Assembly: GCA_963835595.1 (NCBI GenBank) | Contig: CAWIGL010000002.1 | Location: forward strand, 2,534,459-2,598,458 | Source: an uncultured delta proteobacterium | GTDB lineage: Bacteria > Desulfobacterota > Syntrophorhabdia > Syntrophorhabdales > WCHB1-27 | Length of the DNA: 64,000 bases | Direction: 5' to 3' | In this document: positions 40,633 to 50,681 of the stretch, piece by piece | How positions within the stretch are numbered: position 1 is the first letter of the stretch | Layout of the letters: each line of letters begins with the position of its first letter | The notes under the pieces: generated by a model | Database searches by the model: none | Told to the model about the DNA's origin: nothing | What the model saw: only the letters and a program-made list of their open reading frames with translations | Made by a program: the position numbers and the translations under genes

Positions 40633-43026
40633 TTGAGACCATTTGTACGAATCGTTCTGCCGCTTCTGATAACGGCATCGCTGGCTGCCGGCTGCGGCGG
40701 CCCCGATCAGAAAAAAATGAAATTCTTAAACAAAGGGAAGGCCCTTTACGAGAAGGGCGACTACGTGAGGGCAAAGCTGGAATTCAAGAACGCCGTGCAG
40801 ATAGACCCCAAGTTCGCGGAAGCCTTTTACATGCTGGGGCTGGCCGGCATGAGATCGGGGAACCTGAACGACGCGTATGGCAATTTGTCGAAGGCCCTCG
40901 AGCTTGAGCCCGGCCACCTGAAGGCGCGGGCGGAGCTTGCCGGTGTGCTGCTCCAGGGCCGGCAATTCGACAAGGCCATCGAGAACGCCGATCTTGTCCT
41001 TGCGAAGGATGCCGGGAACGAAAAGGTCATCATAGTGAAAGGGGCGGCCCTGCTTGCCAAAGGAGAATCTGCAAAAGCGCGTGCGCTGATGGAGGACCTT
41101 TCGGCTAAAGGATCGCAAACACCCGATCTCTTTATCGTTTTGTCCGCCTCTTTCTCGCAGCAGAACGACGCGCGGCACGCAGAGGAAGCGCTCCGGAAAG
41201 GGATAGAGCTTAACCCTAAGTCTGTCAGCCTCAACCTTGCCCTCGTCGACCTTATGGCAAGGAGCAAGCGCGTCGGTGATGCCATCGAGGCGATGCAGCA
41301 CGTAGTCGCCCTCGACCCCGCCGAAGCCGCGTACAAGCTGATCCTGGCCGGCCTCTACTGGGACGGGGGGCATGAGGATAAGGCCCGCGACATCCTGAAG
41401 GACGTCGCCGCCGGGGACGGCAAAAACGAGGACGGCTGGCTGAGGGTCTCAGGGTTCTATCTTTCGAAGAACCGGCTGGGCGATGCGGAAAAGGCGCTTA
41501 CGGACGGAATCGGGAAATTTGGCCGCAGCATCAAGCTGCGCCTGGCGCTGAGCGAGCTGTATTTGAATACCGGCAGGTCGGACGCCGCCAAGAAGACGCT
41601 CATCGACTGCCTGGGATTGGAAAAAGACCCGGCCAACCCCGACATCATCCTTGCCAAGAACGCCCTTGCGAGGGTTTGCCTTTCGAGGGGAGAGATCGAC
41701 GAGGCCGGCAAATATGCGGAGCAGGTGCTGAAAGAATCGCCCAAGAACCTCGACGCCCATTTTTTCAGAGGCAACGTATTTCTCGCTAAGGGGGAGGGTA
41801 TCAGCGCAGTTCCTGAATTTCGGACGGTGGTGAACGAAAGGCCGCAGTTTATTCCCGCCTACGTCCGTATGGCCGAGGCCCATGCGATGAATAACGAGCT
41901 TAATCTCGCCTCCGACGTGCTTTTGAACGCCCTCAAGGTCGATCCGAAGTCCCGCGAGGCGGGCATGGCCCTCGCCCGGCTGTTCGTCATCCAGAAGCAA
42001 TACGGAAAGGCGGAGGAGCAGCTTAACAAGATGGCGGCCGGCAACCCGGCAGACCTCGACATTAAGGCGGAGCTGGGCGACCTCTTCTTCGTAAAAGGCG
42101 AGATGGGCCGCGCGGAGGCCGAGTATGGGGAGATCAAGAAGCGTGCGCCGAAAAACCCGGCAGGGTACGCAAAGCTCGGCGCCCTTTTTCTGCGAGAGGA
42201 AAAGCTGGATAAGGCCGGAAATGAATTCGAGCAGGCCTTGAAGCTTGCGCCCGATTCGGCCGATCTATTGTCTGCGGTCGTACATGTCTTCATGGCGCAA
42301 AAAAAGTATGATGCCGCCGTTTCTCTGTGTGAAGAAAAGATAAAACGGAACGGCAGCAACGCCGGTGCGTACTACCTTCTGGGGCAGGTTTACGGGACCC
42401 GGAAAGAGTTCCAGAAAGCGGAAGGCGCGTTCACGAAGGCGATGGAGCTGCAGCCCTCCTGGACCGCGCCCCTCGGCGGCCTGGCGCAGCTCTATGTCGC
42501 CCAGGGCCAAACTGCCGCGGCCGTGAAGAAACTGGAGGACCGGCTGAAGACGGAGCCGGAAAACGGGAACGTCAAGCTCCTGCTGGCCCAGCTCTATTAC
42601 AGGAACAAGGAATACGGAAAGTCCATCGACATCTATGAAAAGACCCTTCAGAAACAACCCGGCAACTGGGCCGTGGCCAATGACCTTGCGTTCATTCTTG
42701 CCGAGCAGGCCAGGTCAAAAAAGGACCTTGAAAGGGCGCGCGACCTGGCTCAGAGGGCCCTCAGCGCCCGGCCCGACGAGCCGCGCATCCAGGACACCCT
42801 CGGATGGGTCTTTTATAATCAGGGCGATACGGAGCGCGCGTCTCAGCTCATCCAGAAGGCGTACTCGAAAATGGCGAGCAGCCCGGCCGTTAACTACCAT
42901 ATGGGCATGATTTCGTATAAAACGGGGAGGCTGGCCCAGGCAAAGGACTACCTGGCAAGGGCCGTTAATTCCGGCGAGCCCTTTCAGGGGAAGGAAGAGG
43001 CGCAGAAGATATTGGGAAAGCTGTAA
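40633..43026 (+). CDS. TPR-repeat lipoprotein of the PEP-CTERM-system type (PrsT-like), 797 aa
   Basis: Lipoprotein signal MRPFVRIVLPLLITASLAAGCGG, then ~20 TPR units. Confidence 0.7.
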   Translation: MRPFVRIVLPLLITASLAAGCGGPDQKKMKFLNKGKALYEKGDYVRAKLEFKNAVQIDPKFAEAFYMLGLAGMRSGNLNDAYGNLSKALELEPGHLKARAELAGVLLQGRQFDKAIENADLVLAKDAGNEKVIIVKGAALLAKGESAKARALMEDLSAKGSQTPDLFIVLSASFSQQNDARHAEEALRKGIELNPKSVSLNLALVDLMARSKRVGDAIEAMQHVVALDPAEAAYKLILAGLYWDGGHEDKARDILKDVAAGDGKNEDGWLRVSGFYLSKNRLGDAEKALTDGIGKFGRSIKLRLALSELYLNTGRSDAAKKTLIDCLGLEKDPANPDIILAKNALARVCLSRGEIDEAGKYAEQVLKESPKNLDAHFFRGNVFLAKGEGISAVPEFRTVVNERPQFIPAYVRMAEAHAMNNELNLASDVLLNALKVDPKSREAGMALARLFVIQKQYGKAEEQLNKMAAGNPADLDIKAELGDLFFVKGEMGRAEAEYGEIKKRAPKNPAGYAKLGALFLREEKLDKAGNEFEQALKLAPDSADLLSAVVHVFMAQKKYDAAVSLCEEKIKRNGSNAGAYYLLGQVYGTRKEFQKAEGAFTKAMELQPSWTAPLGGLAQLYVAQGQTAAAVKKLEDRLKTEPENGNVKLLLAQLYYRNKEYGKSIDIYEKTLQKQPGNWAVANDLAFILAEQARSKKDLERARDLAQRALSARPDEPRIQDTLGWVFYNQGDTERASQLIQKAYSKMASSPAVNYHMGMISYKTGRLAQAKDYLARAVNSGEPFQGKEEAQKILGKL

Positions 43027-43092
43027 AAGACGGGATGGGGCAGACGAGCCACCGATAAAGCCCGGCATAGAGAGTTAAGAAAGACCGCATCG

Positions 43093-43124
43093 AAAAAAGG
43101 CAGGGGCATCCCCCTGCCTTTTTA
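43093..43124. terminator. Perfect bidirectional terminator AAAAAAGGCAGGGG-CAT-CCCCTGCCTTTTT between convergent genes
   Basis: 8-bp GC stem flanked by A6/T5 on both sides; sits exactly between the 43026 and 43122 stops. Confidence 0.7.
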
Positions 43125-43931
43125 TCTTTTCTGGTACTTGTTCAGGATCAGCCCGATAACCTTCTCGGACGGGAGGAGCTGCAAGGCGCTCCGCACGTCC
43201 GCGAGGGGCGTGGAGCCGGCGGAGACCACCATCAGGATATGGTCCATCTGCGGCGCGAAGGCCAGGGCATCGGCGCTGGTCAGGATGCCGGGCACGTCGA
43301 AGAAGACATAGCGCTCCGGGTAGCGGTTCTTCATATCCTCGACCAATTCCTTCATCTTCGGAGAGGCCAGGAGCTCCGTGGTGTCCGGGACTGTCCCGCC
43401 GCCCGATATAAGGGTGAGCTTCTCGAAACCCGGCCAGATAATCAAATCGGAGATCGGCTGGTCGTTCAAAAGGTGGTCGATAAGCCCCTTATCGCTTTTT
43501 ATCCCCAGGAACTCGTGTATGCGCTGCTTGCGGAAATCGCAGTCCACGAGGAGGACCGTCTGCCTGAACTCGCGGGCGAAGGCAAAAGAGAGGTTGATCG
43601 CCGTGGTGGTCTTGCCTTCGCCTGAGAGGGGGCTGGTGACCATGATTGCCCTTCCGCCCTGTTCTTCCGTCTTTTGCAGGATCTGGGTCCGTAAGACCTT
43701 ATACGGCCCCATATAGGGCGAGGCCGGCAGCACGCCCACGCAGCGGTTTGAGGCAGCAGTGAGGGGGTTGAGCCAGGCGGCCCGGGACTGGGTGTAGCTC
43801 GGAGAGATCCAGCCTGGCTTTCCTTTCTCCACAGCCTGGGGCGGCTCGCCGGGCTTCATCTCCGGCGGTGCTTCCGCGCCTTGGGCCTTATTCCGCTTTG
43901 CGGCTTTTGCTCGGTTCCAGAACGCCGCCAC
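43122..43931 (-). CDS. BY-kinase-like P-loop ATPase of exopolysaccharide loci (PEP-CTERM-locus tyrosine autokinase-like), 269 aa
   Basis: Walker A SPLSGEGKTTTAINLSFAFA, Walker B VLLVDCDFR, ...VFFDVPGIL. Confidence 0.7.
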   Translation of the reverse strand: MAAFWNRAKAAKRNKAQGAEAPPEMKPGEPPQAVEKGKPGWISPSYTQSRAAWLNPLTAASNRCVGVLPASPYMGPYKVLRTQILQKTEEQGGRAIMVTSPLSGEGKTTTAINLSFAFAREFRQTVLLVDCDFRKQRIHEFLGIKSDKGLIDHLLNDQPISDLIIWPGFEKLTLISGGGTVPDTTELLASPKMKELVEDMKNRYPERYVFFDVPGILTSADALAFAPQMDHILMVVSAGSTPLADVRSALQLLPSEKVIGLILNKYQKR

Positions 43932-43941
43932 GAGCCTCCTC

Positions 43942-45531
43942 CTATATCATCAGCCGTCTTGCGAGCCTTGCCCAGAAGACTTCGAGGTCCATAACGAAGA
44001 AATGGAACAGCGCTATACCCACGGCCAGTCCGAGCACAACAGCGATCAATAGCTTTATCTTTAACCTTCGCGCCCTTCGCCTGTCTTCTTCGGTTATGAT
44101 CCGGGGGATTGCGCCGAGCACCGGGAAGCCCGTTGCGCTGGTCAACTGGGCTGCGTTCCTGACCGACTGGTCCGACTGCTCCTTGAGGGCCACGTTCCCC
44201 ACCCCTGCACCTATGCCAAGAAAGAGGCCGATCAAAAGGACTGCCGGCACCTTCGGCTTGACCGGTTTTTCAGGCAGCCTTGCAGGGTCGATGAGGGTGA
44301 ATCTCTCGCCCATTTGTTCCTTTTCGAGCCCCTGGGCCACCTTTGCCTCCAGCACCCTCTTCATGAGGTCCTGGTACTTCATATCGGTGTTTGTGCGTTC
44401 CGCCATCAGCGCCTTGTACGTTTCCTCGACGCGGGGGGCCGCCTCCGTCCTCTGGATGTACTCGTCCCGCTTCCTGCGCATCTCGCCTATCTGCCTTTTC
44501 ACCGATTCGATATCCGACTGCACCCCTGCCAGTTGGGAGGCGATTGTCACATAGGATGGGTTGTTTGCCTGGTCTGTCACGGAGGTCAGGGGTTTTTGCT
44601 CCGATTCCTCGTCAACGGACCGCTCGGCAATGCGCTTTTCCAGCGCCTCGACGTCCATCCTCGTTTTCCTCACGTCGGGGTATTTGTCGGAGTACCGGCT
44701 TTCGAGCTGGATCAGCTTGGCCTTCAGCTCCTTGAGCAGCGTCCTGTCCTGGTCCTTGCTCTCCGTGGGGATGCTGGCAAGCTGCGTTTCAAGGTATTCT
44801 TCCTTCTCTTTCAGGCCTTTAAGATCGTCGGTAAGCTTGGTAAGGTCGCTTTCCGTCCTGTCAAGCCCCTGAAAGTTGATTGGCAGCAACTCCGGTATGG
44901 AATTGATATTCTTTGCCTTGAAAATGGCTATCTTCGAGTCCAGGCTTGCGAGCTGCTCCTGCATGTTCTTCGCCTCTTCCTCAAGGAACCTTGCCGCCCC
45001 GGCCGTTTGCCGCTCGCGGGTCTTCAGGTTCTCTTCCAGGTAGAGCGACGCGAGCATGTTGGCGACTTCCTGGACCACCTGGGGATTTCTTCCGTCATAG
45101 GAAAGGGAGAAGGCGATAGTCGCCTGCATGGGCGTCGCGCTTCTCTTGTCCGCCACGTCCGCGCTTATCATTTGCAGCTTGATGTCTTTCCGCATCAAGT
45201 CTACGATCTCTTCCGTGGTCATCTTCCGCTTGAGGTCCGCATAGAGGCCGAAATGGTTGATGATCTCAAGAAGCCTGGTGGTGCTCATGATCCGCTGGTT
45301 GATCGATTGAAGGCGCTGCTCCACGAACCCCGTCACCGTGGTAATGACGAAGTCGCGGGGTATCTCCTGCTCCTCGATGAGTATCGTGGACGTCGATCTG
45401 TACGTCCGGGGCCAGACTACGGCGGCGACCAGCGATACCGCGAAGACGATGACGATGGGCAGGGAGAGGGACCATTTCCTTCTCCGCAGGATATCTATAT
45501 AGTCGCTTATTGTCTTTACGTCTTCTTCCAT
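43942..45531 (-). CDS. Polysaccharide chain-length determinant protein (Wzz/GumC-like, PEP-CTERM locus subfamily), 529 aa
   Basis: N-terminal TM (LPIVIVFAVSLVAAVVW), long coiled-coil periplasmic region, C-terminal TM. Confidence 0.75.
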   Translation of the reverse strand: MEEDVKTISDYIDILRRRKWSLSLPIVIVFAVSLVAAVVWPRTYRSTSTILIEEQEIPRDFVITTVTGFVEQRLQSINQRIMSTTRLLEIINHFGLYADLKRKMTTEEIVDLMRKDIKLQMISADVADKRSATPMQATIAFSLSYDGRNPQVVQEVANMLASLYLEENLKTRERQTAGAARFLEEEAKNMQEQLASLDSKIAIFKAKNINSIPELLPINFQGLDRTESDLTKLTDDLKGLKEKEEYLETQLASIPTESKDQDRTLLKELKAKLIQLESRYSDKYPDVRKTRMDVEALEKRIAERSVDEESEQKPLTSVTDQANNPSYVTIASQLAGVQSDIESVKRQIGEMRRKRDEYIQRTEAAPRVEETYKALMAERTNTDMKYQDLMKRVLEAKVAQGLEKEQMGERFTLIDPARLPEKPVKPKVPAVLLIGLFLGIGAGVGNVALKEQSDQSVRNAAQLTSATGFPVLGAIPRIITEEDRRRARRLKIKLLIAVVLGLAVGIALFHFFVMDLEVFWARLARRLMI

Positions 45532-45723
45532 GAACCTTTCCTGCCGGAGGGGAAATCCGTTTTTATGGTAGCACAGGGCGACATCAGGTATCTATAAAAA
45601 AAGATTTCCATCTTTTACCCGTCTATTTTTGTGCTGTGAATAAGTATAACACGGTTATATGGCAAGGTGTTGAGGATGGATCATGGGTTGTGGACCGGAA
45701 GGCGGCGCCTGGGGGCGCCGGGA

Positions 45724-46779
45724 CTAGGCCGTCGCCGGCCCGGCGGACTCGCCCTGGGGGAGGCGTTTTACGGAATGCTTGAGACCTTCGACCTTCGACT
45801 GGACAAGTCCCCTCGTCTCGGCCGCCTGTATGAACCCCTTGAACTGGTTGAACCCCAAACCGTTGAAGTAGAGCTTTTTCTCGATCAGCTTGGAGTTTAC
45901 GTTTCTGTAAGAGTGGTAGCCGGGTTGGCCGCCCTTGTCGAACTCGGTAAGGACGTCAATGAGGACCTGAAAGGCTTGCTGCATCGGCCCCTCCCGCTTC
46001 AACCCCTTCGGGACCGGGTAGATCAAGGATTCGGCGCCCTTGCCCTCTATCTTGACAAAGCCGGCTTTGACCGCTGCGCTCACGAAATCGCTCCAGTGGG
46101 AGAAGCTCAGCTTTTTCTCGTTGAAATTGGGGTTCAGCATCTTCATTCGGATCTTCAGCGATCCGATGCCTGGGTTTATCTTCTTCTTTAGCATCGTATC
46201 GGCTGCCTCGGCCAGGACCTGGAACCAGTCCTCGATGGCCATTGGGGATGCTGCGGCCGCGGGCGGCCCGCCTTTCGCCTGCGCCGTCTTGTCGTCGGGC
46301 GTGGGGGCCGCTTTTTCGGTGGCTTCTTCGTCGTTTCCTCCGGGCATCAGCTCGCGGTAATCGACATAGCTGTCCGCCAGGGCCAGGAGGTCTTCGGAGG
46401 CGTTCTGCGTGTTGCAGACGATATGGACCATCTTGCCCGCCCGTCTCAGGGCGAGCACGAGGAAACGAAAGTCGCTGTCCCCCGTGACCAGCATGAACGT
46501 ATCGATGTGGTCGTGGATGCGGAGGATCTCAAGCGTGTCGGAGACCAGGACCATGTCGGAGCTGTTCTTGCGGCCTTTCGGTATATGGACCAAGTAAAAA
46601 TACCGGCGGGTCAGCGACGGGGCCAGCTTCGAGAAGACCGCGTTCGTCCAGTTGCCGTAAGCGCGGGCGGTCACAATGCGGCCCTTCGACTCCGCGTGCT
46701 CGATGAGGCCCTCAAGGAAAAGGGAATCTGCGCCTGGGTTGACGTTTTCCAGGTCCCAAAGCAAGGCTACGTTATTCAT
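45724..46779 (-). CDS. NYN (PIN-like nuclease) domain protein with C-terminal OST-HTH/LOTUS domains (351 aa)
   Basis: MNNVALLWDLENVNP...FMLVTGDSDF is the NYN/LabA signature; two ~70-aa helical C-terminal modules consistent with LOTUS/OST-HTH. Confidence 0.65.
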   Translation of the reverse strand: MNNVALLWDLENVNPGADSLFLEGLIEHAESKGRIVTARAYGNWTNAVFSKLAPSLTRRYFYLVHIPKGRKNSSDMVLVSDTLEILRIHDHIDTFMLVTGDSDFRFLVLALRRAGKMVHIVCNTQNASEDLLALADSYVDYRELMPGGNDEEATEKAAPTPDDKTAQAKGGPPAAAASPMAIEDWFQVLAEAADTMLKKKINPGIGSLKIRMKMLNPNFNEKKLSFSHWSDFVSAAVKAGFVKIEGKGAESLIYPVPKGLKREGPMQQAFQVLIDVLTEFDKGGQPGYHSYRNVNSKLIEKKLYFNGLGFNQFKGFIQAAETRGLVQSKVEGLKHSVKRLPQGESAGPATA

Positions 46780-46973
46780 GGCTCTATTATACAGGTTTAT
46801 GCGGATGGGTGCAATGTGTGTGGTCTCCGGGGTGGATAGGTGGGGGCGATCGTATACTGGATGGTTATGGGTAGCTGGGCTCGCGCCTGTTCAGAATCGC
46901 GCTATGCGGCGCCCTGCTCAACGTATGGCCTCCGATGTACGTACAGTACAGTCTCCCAACCTTGATTTTTATC

Positions 46974-47000
46974 TTGACAGCGTTTTTGAGAGAGTATAAT
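46974..47000 (+). promoter_or_regulatory. Sigma-70-like promoter TTGACA-15nt-TATAAT for the acyl-CoA dehydrogenase gene
   Basis: Canonical hexamers in a low-GC stretch 70-95 nt upstream of ATG 47070. Confidence 0.45.
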
Positions 47001-47005
47001 GTTAT

Positions 47006-47023
47006 ATGTAGGACATTATACAT
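47006..47023 (+). promoter_or_regulatory. Palindromic operator candidate ATGTAGGACAT (and flanking ATGTA...TACAT), GntR-type GT-N-AC dyad just downstream of the -10
   Basis: Perfect ATGT-N3-ACAT dyad overlapping the predicted start site; a GntR/FCD regulator lies 1.2 kb downstream. Confidence 0.35.
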
Positions 47024-47069
47024 TAGTATTCAGCGCTGGTTATAACATTAAGCAAGGAGGAGTAACGGG

Positions 47070-48218
47070 ATGCCCCTTTTTGAAGACAATGGGGAGCAGC
47101 GCAGTTTCAGGCAGGTATTCAAAAAGTTTGTGGCGAGAGAGGTCACACCTTACATTGAGGAGTGGGAGAAGAACAATGCCATTCCAAGGGAGCTGTGGAA
47201 GAAGTTCGGAAAGCAGGGCTTTCTATGTCCTTGGCTGCCGGAAGACTATGGGGGGGCGGGTCTCGACTATACCTACAACATGATTATCAACGAAGAGTTG
47301 ATCAGAGGTGACGCTGTTAGCACGGGAGTGCCCTTGCACAGCGACGTAGCAGTTCCCTACATCTACTCTTACGGCTCGGAAGAGCTCAAAAAGCGCATTT
47401 TACCGAGGTGTACAACCGGGGATTACATATCCGCCATCGGTCTGACGGAGCCGAACGCAGGGTCGGACCTTGCTGCCATCCGGACCAAGGCCGTGAGAGA
47501 CGGAGATTGTTACGTTATCAACGGGCAGAAAACGTTCATCACCAACGGCATGTTCGCTGATATCATCATCCTAGCCTGCAAGGTCGATTCGCCCAGTGTG
47601 TCACGCGGTATCAGCATGATAGTCGTGGAGGCCGACGCTCCCGGCTTCTCGCGCGGCAGGCAGCTAACAAAAATGGGTTTTCACATGCAGGACACGGCAG
47701 AGCTTTTTTTTGAAGACTGCCGTGTCCCGGTCGGCAACCTCCTTGGCGAGGAAGGAAAAGGCTTCAAGTACATGATGGAAAAGCTGAGTCACGAACGACT
47801 GGAAGTGTGCATCAAATGCCAGGTATTAGCTGAGGAGTGTCTGAAGGAGGCCGTAAAATACGCTAAGGTGCGCGAAGCCTTTGGTCGTCCGATAGCGAAC
47901 TTCCAGCACAACGCGTTCAAGCTCGCAGAAATGGCCACAGAAGTCCAGATAGGCAGAACCCTCATTGATACGCTTGTTGCTGAATTCGCCAAAGGCGAGG
48001 ACATCACGATGAAGGTTTCGATGGCAAAGGCATGGTTGGCTGAAATGGCGAACAGGGTCGCGTACCAGGCGGTTCAGATACACGGCGGTTACGGCTATAT
48101 GGAAGAGTACAGGATCTGCCGTCTCTACCGCGATGTCCGAATCTTCCCTATAATAGCGGGCACAACCGAGATTATGAAACTCATTGTCGCCCGGGGCTTG
48201 GGGCTCGACCCCGCATAA
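47070..48218 (+). CDS. Acyl-CoA dehydrogenase (382 aa)
   Basis: ACAD family N-terminal, middle beta-barrel and C-terminal helical domains; AAGGAGG RBS. Confidence 0.85.
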   Translation: MPLFEDNGEQRSFRQVFKKFVAREVTPYIEEWEKNNAIPRELWKKFGKQGFLCPWLPEDYGGAGLDYTYNMIINEELIRGDAVSTGVPLHSDVAVPYIYSYGSEELKKRILPRCTTGDYISAIGLTEPNAGSDLAAIRTKAVRDGDCYVINGQKTFITNGMFADIIILACKVDSPSVSRGISMIVVEADAPGFSRGRQLTKMGFHMQDTAELFFEDCRVPVGNLLGEEGKGFKYMMEKLSHERLEVCIKCQVLAEECLKEAVKYAKVREAFGRPIANFQHNAFKLAEMATEVQIGRTLIDTLVAEFAKGEDITMKVSMAKAWLAEMANRVAYQAVQIHGGYGYMEEYRICRLYRDVRIFPIIAGTTEIMKLIVARGLGLDPA

Positions 48219-48299
48219 TGAATTGATGCGGGGTCTGCGAGTTGACCTTGGCTCTCGACAGCCTTTGTCGTACGCAACGCGCTAAGGAAGAATGGTACC

Positions 48300-49055
48300 A
48301 TGTTTGAAAATTTAAAAGGGAAACGGTTATTTGAAAGAATTGTCGATCAGGTTAAAGAAGCGGTTCTTTCTGGAAAGCTGAAGGTCGGCGATAAGCTCCC
48401 GCCCGAACATGAGCTGGCCCGAGAGTTCGGTGTGAGCAGGAACGCGGTGAGAGAAGCATTGAGGATATTGGAGCTTTCCGGGCTTGTGAACATCAGGAAG
48501 GGTAGTCATGGCGGTTGCTTTATCCAGAAACTGAGCAGTAATAAGAAATTAATCGATTATCTCACAGACAACTGGAGCCTGGGCCAGATTACCCTTAGCC
48601 ACCTTACGGAAGCCCGGTACTGGCTTGAAGCGATGGTTATGGATATCATCGCAGACAGAATAACGGAAAAGGACGTCGATAGGCTCCGCAAATCGATTGA
48701 TAAACTGGAGCGACTCTACGATGAGGGAGATGATAAGGAACTGGTCGACGAGAATTTGAACTTCCACATTTTGCTTGTGAAACTGACGGGGAACACCATC
48801 CTCATCGACACGCTGTCTGCAATTCTGGAGTTGCTTTCCTATATGATGCGGGAAGTGAAGCCGGGGAGACGCATTGTGTCGAGTAGCTGCAAGGCTCACC
48901 GGCAGATCCTGGAACTCCTGGAAGCCGGCCAGATTGAGCGTGCGAAAGCTGTCAACAATGCTCATCTCCGGGATGTGAGCGCCCCGCTAATGAAACTCGC
49001 TGCGGAGCGCAAGGCTCCGCCCAACCTGCAAGCAGCCGGACAGTTATTTCTATGA
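48300..49055 (+). CDS. GntR-family regulator with FCD (FadR C-terminal-like) ligand-binding domain
   Basis: N-terminal winged HTH (...ELAREFGVSRNAVREALRILELSGLV...) and helical C-terminal FCD domain. Confidence 0.8.
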   Translation: MFENLKGKRLFERIVDQVKEAVLSGKLKVGDKLPPEHELAREFGVSRNAVREALRILELSGLVNIRKGSHGGCFIQKLSSNKKLIDYLTDNWSLGQITLSHLTEARYWLEAMVMDIIADRITEKDVDRLRKSIDKLERLYDEGDDKELVDENLNFHILLVKLTGNTILIDTLSAILELLSYMMREVKPGRRIVSSSCKAHRQILELLEAGQIERAKAVNNAHLRDVSAPLMKLAAERKAPPNLQAAGQLFL

Positions 49056-49073
49056 ACAAGGAGGAATCACGAA

Positions 49074-50520
49074 ATGTACAGCGACTTAAGGGAGTTTCTG
49101 AATGACCTGGAAAAGCGAGGAGAGCTGGTTCGCGTCAAAAAGGAAATTACCGGGGGGCACGAAGTATTCTCGCTGATATGGGAATTGGGTAAAAGAAAGG
49201 GTCCGGCTGTGATACTCGAAAACGTGAAGGGGTATGACGTACCCATCGTCACCAATATCTTCGGGACCCTCGATCGATTTGCCATGGCTTGCGGCTTTCC
49301 ACTGGGTTTGGGCGTCAAGGAGTACCGGGACCTGTTTACCGCGCAGCTTGACCAAAGCAAGTGGCAGAAGCCAAAGCTTGTGAAAACAGGGCCGTGCAAA
49401 GAGGTGATCCTGAAAGGGAACAAAGTCGACCTGGGCAAATTCCCGATCCTTCAGTGGAGCCCATCCGATGGCGGCGCCTATATAACCCTCCCTCTCGTTA
49501 TAGCAAAGGATGATAAGTTCGGTCCCAATGCGGGCATATACAGGATGATGGTGCACGACAAAAAGAGTACGGGCATAATGTGCAACATCTTCCAGGACCA
49601 GGGTATCTATTACGACAAGACCAAGAAAAAAGGCCGGAAGAGCATGCCCTGCGCTGTGGCGATTGGCGCGGACCCCGCCCTCTACATGGCAGCCGGGACC
49701 AAGATTCCTCTGAACAGTGACGAGTTTGCCTTCGCTTCGGCTTTGCGTGGGGGAGCTCCCGTAGAAGTGGTCAAGTGTGAGACCGTGGACCTGGAGGTGC
49801 CGGCAACCGCAGAGATAGTTCTTGAAGGAGAGATATCATTTGACAATAATAAGATGGAAGGGGCCCTTCGGCGAATGGATGGGCTACTTTGAAGAGGGAA
49901 TGTTTCTCCCCGTGTTCGATGTGAAATGCATAACCCATAGAAAGAACCCGCTCTTCCTTACCACGATCGAAGGCCCTAGTTTGGGAGACGCGGAGATGCT
50001 CCGGATGATTCAGCAGTGTTCGACCTTCACCCTCCAGGCTAAGGAAAGGATTACAGGGTGTACCGGAGCGTGGCTGCCACCGTCAGGCAGGGATTTTACT
50101 GCGATCATCGCTATAAAGAAACGCTACCCTGGCTGGGGCAAGGAGGCCATCTACCAGGCTTTCTCCCTGCCGTACATCGCATCTACGTGCAACATCGTCA
50201 TTGTGACGGACGACGATATCGATATCAGCGACTCGGAAGAAGTCATCTGGGCCTTATCGACGAGGGTAGACCCCCATCAGGATGTAATCATCACCCCTCC
50301 AATCGGGGGATACGCCCTGAACCCGGCCGGCAGCGTGAGGCCGGTAAAATTCCCCCAGAGGGGACAGACGGACATCACCTTCCGCTCGTTGATGGGCATC
50401 GATGCCACACTGAAATGGGAAGGCGAAGGGAGGACCCGCCCTACCGCTAAGCTGGTTAAACCTGAGCCTGAGACATTGCAGAAGGTGATCGCCAACTGGG
50501 CGAAGTATGGGTTACCGTGA
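49074..50520 (+). CDS. UbiD-family (prFMN-dependent) decarboxylase/carboxylase; frame interrupted by one extra G in a GGGG run (~49849-49852)
   Basis: ORF-track pieces 49074-49892 and 49822-50520 join as ...ISFDNNKMEGPFGEWMGYFEEG... (EGPFGE-Y-GYY motif) if one G is removed; full length ~481 aa. Confidence 0.65.
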
Positions 50521-50681
50521 AACGGCTTGAGTCTCGGGAATAACGGCGCCGGGCGGCTCGGCTGATTTGGGGGACAATAGGCATGGGCGCGTGACGGCCG
50601 GAGAGGTTCAAATACGCACACGGGATAGGATCAACCGATGTGCACGTAAAAGAGACTATGGCAGCAAAAAGGGGGGTTGTC

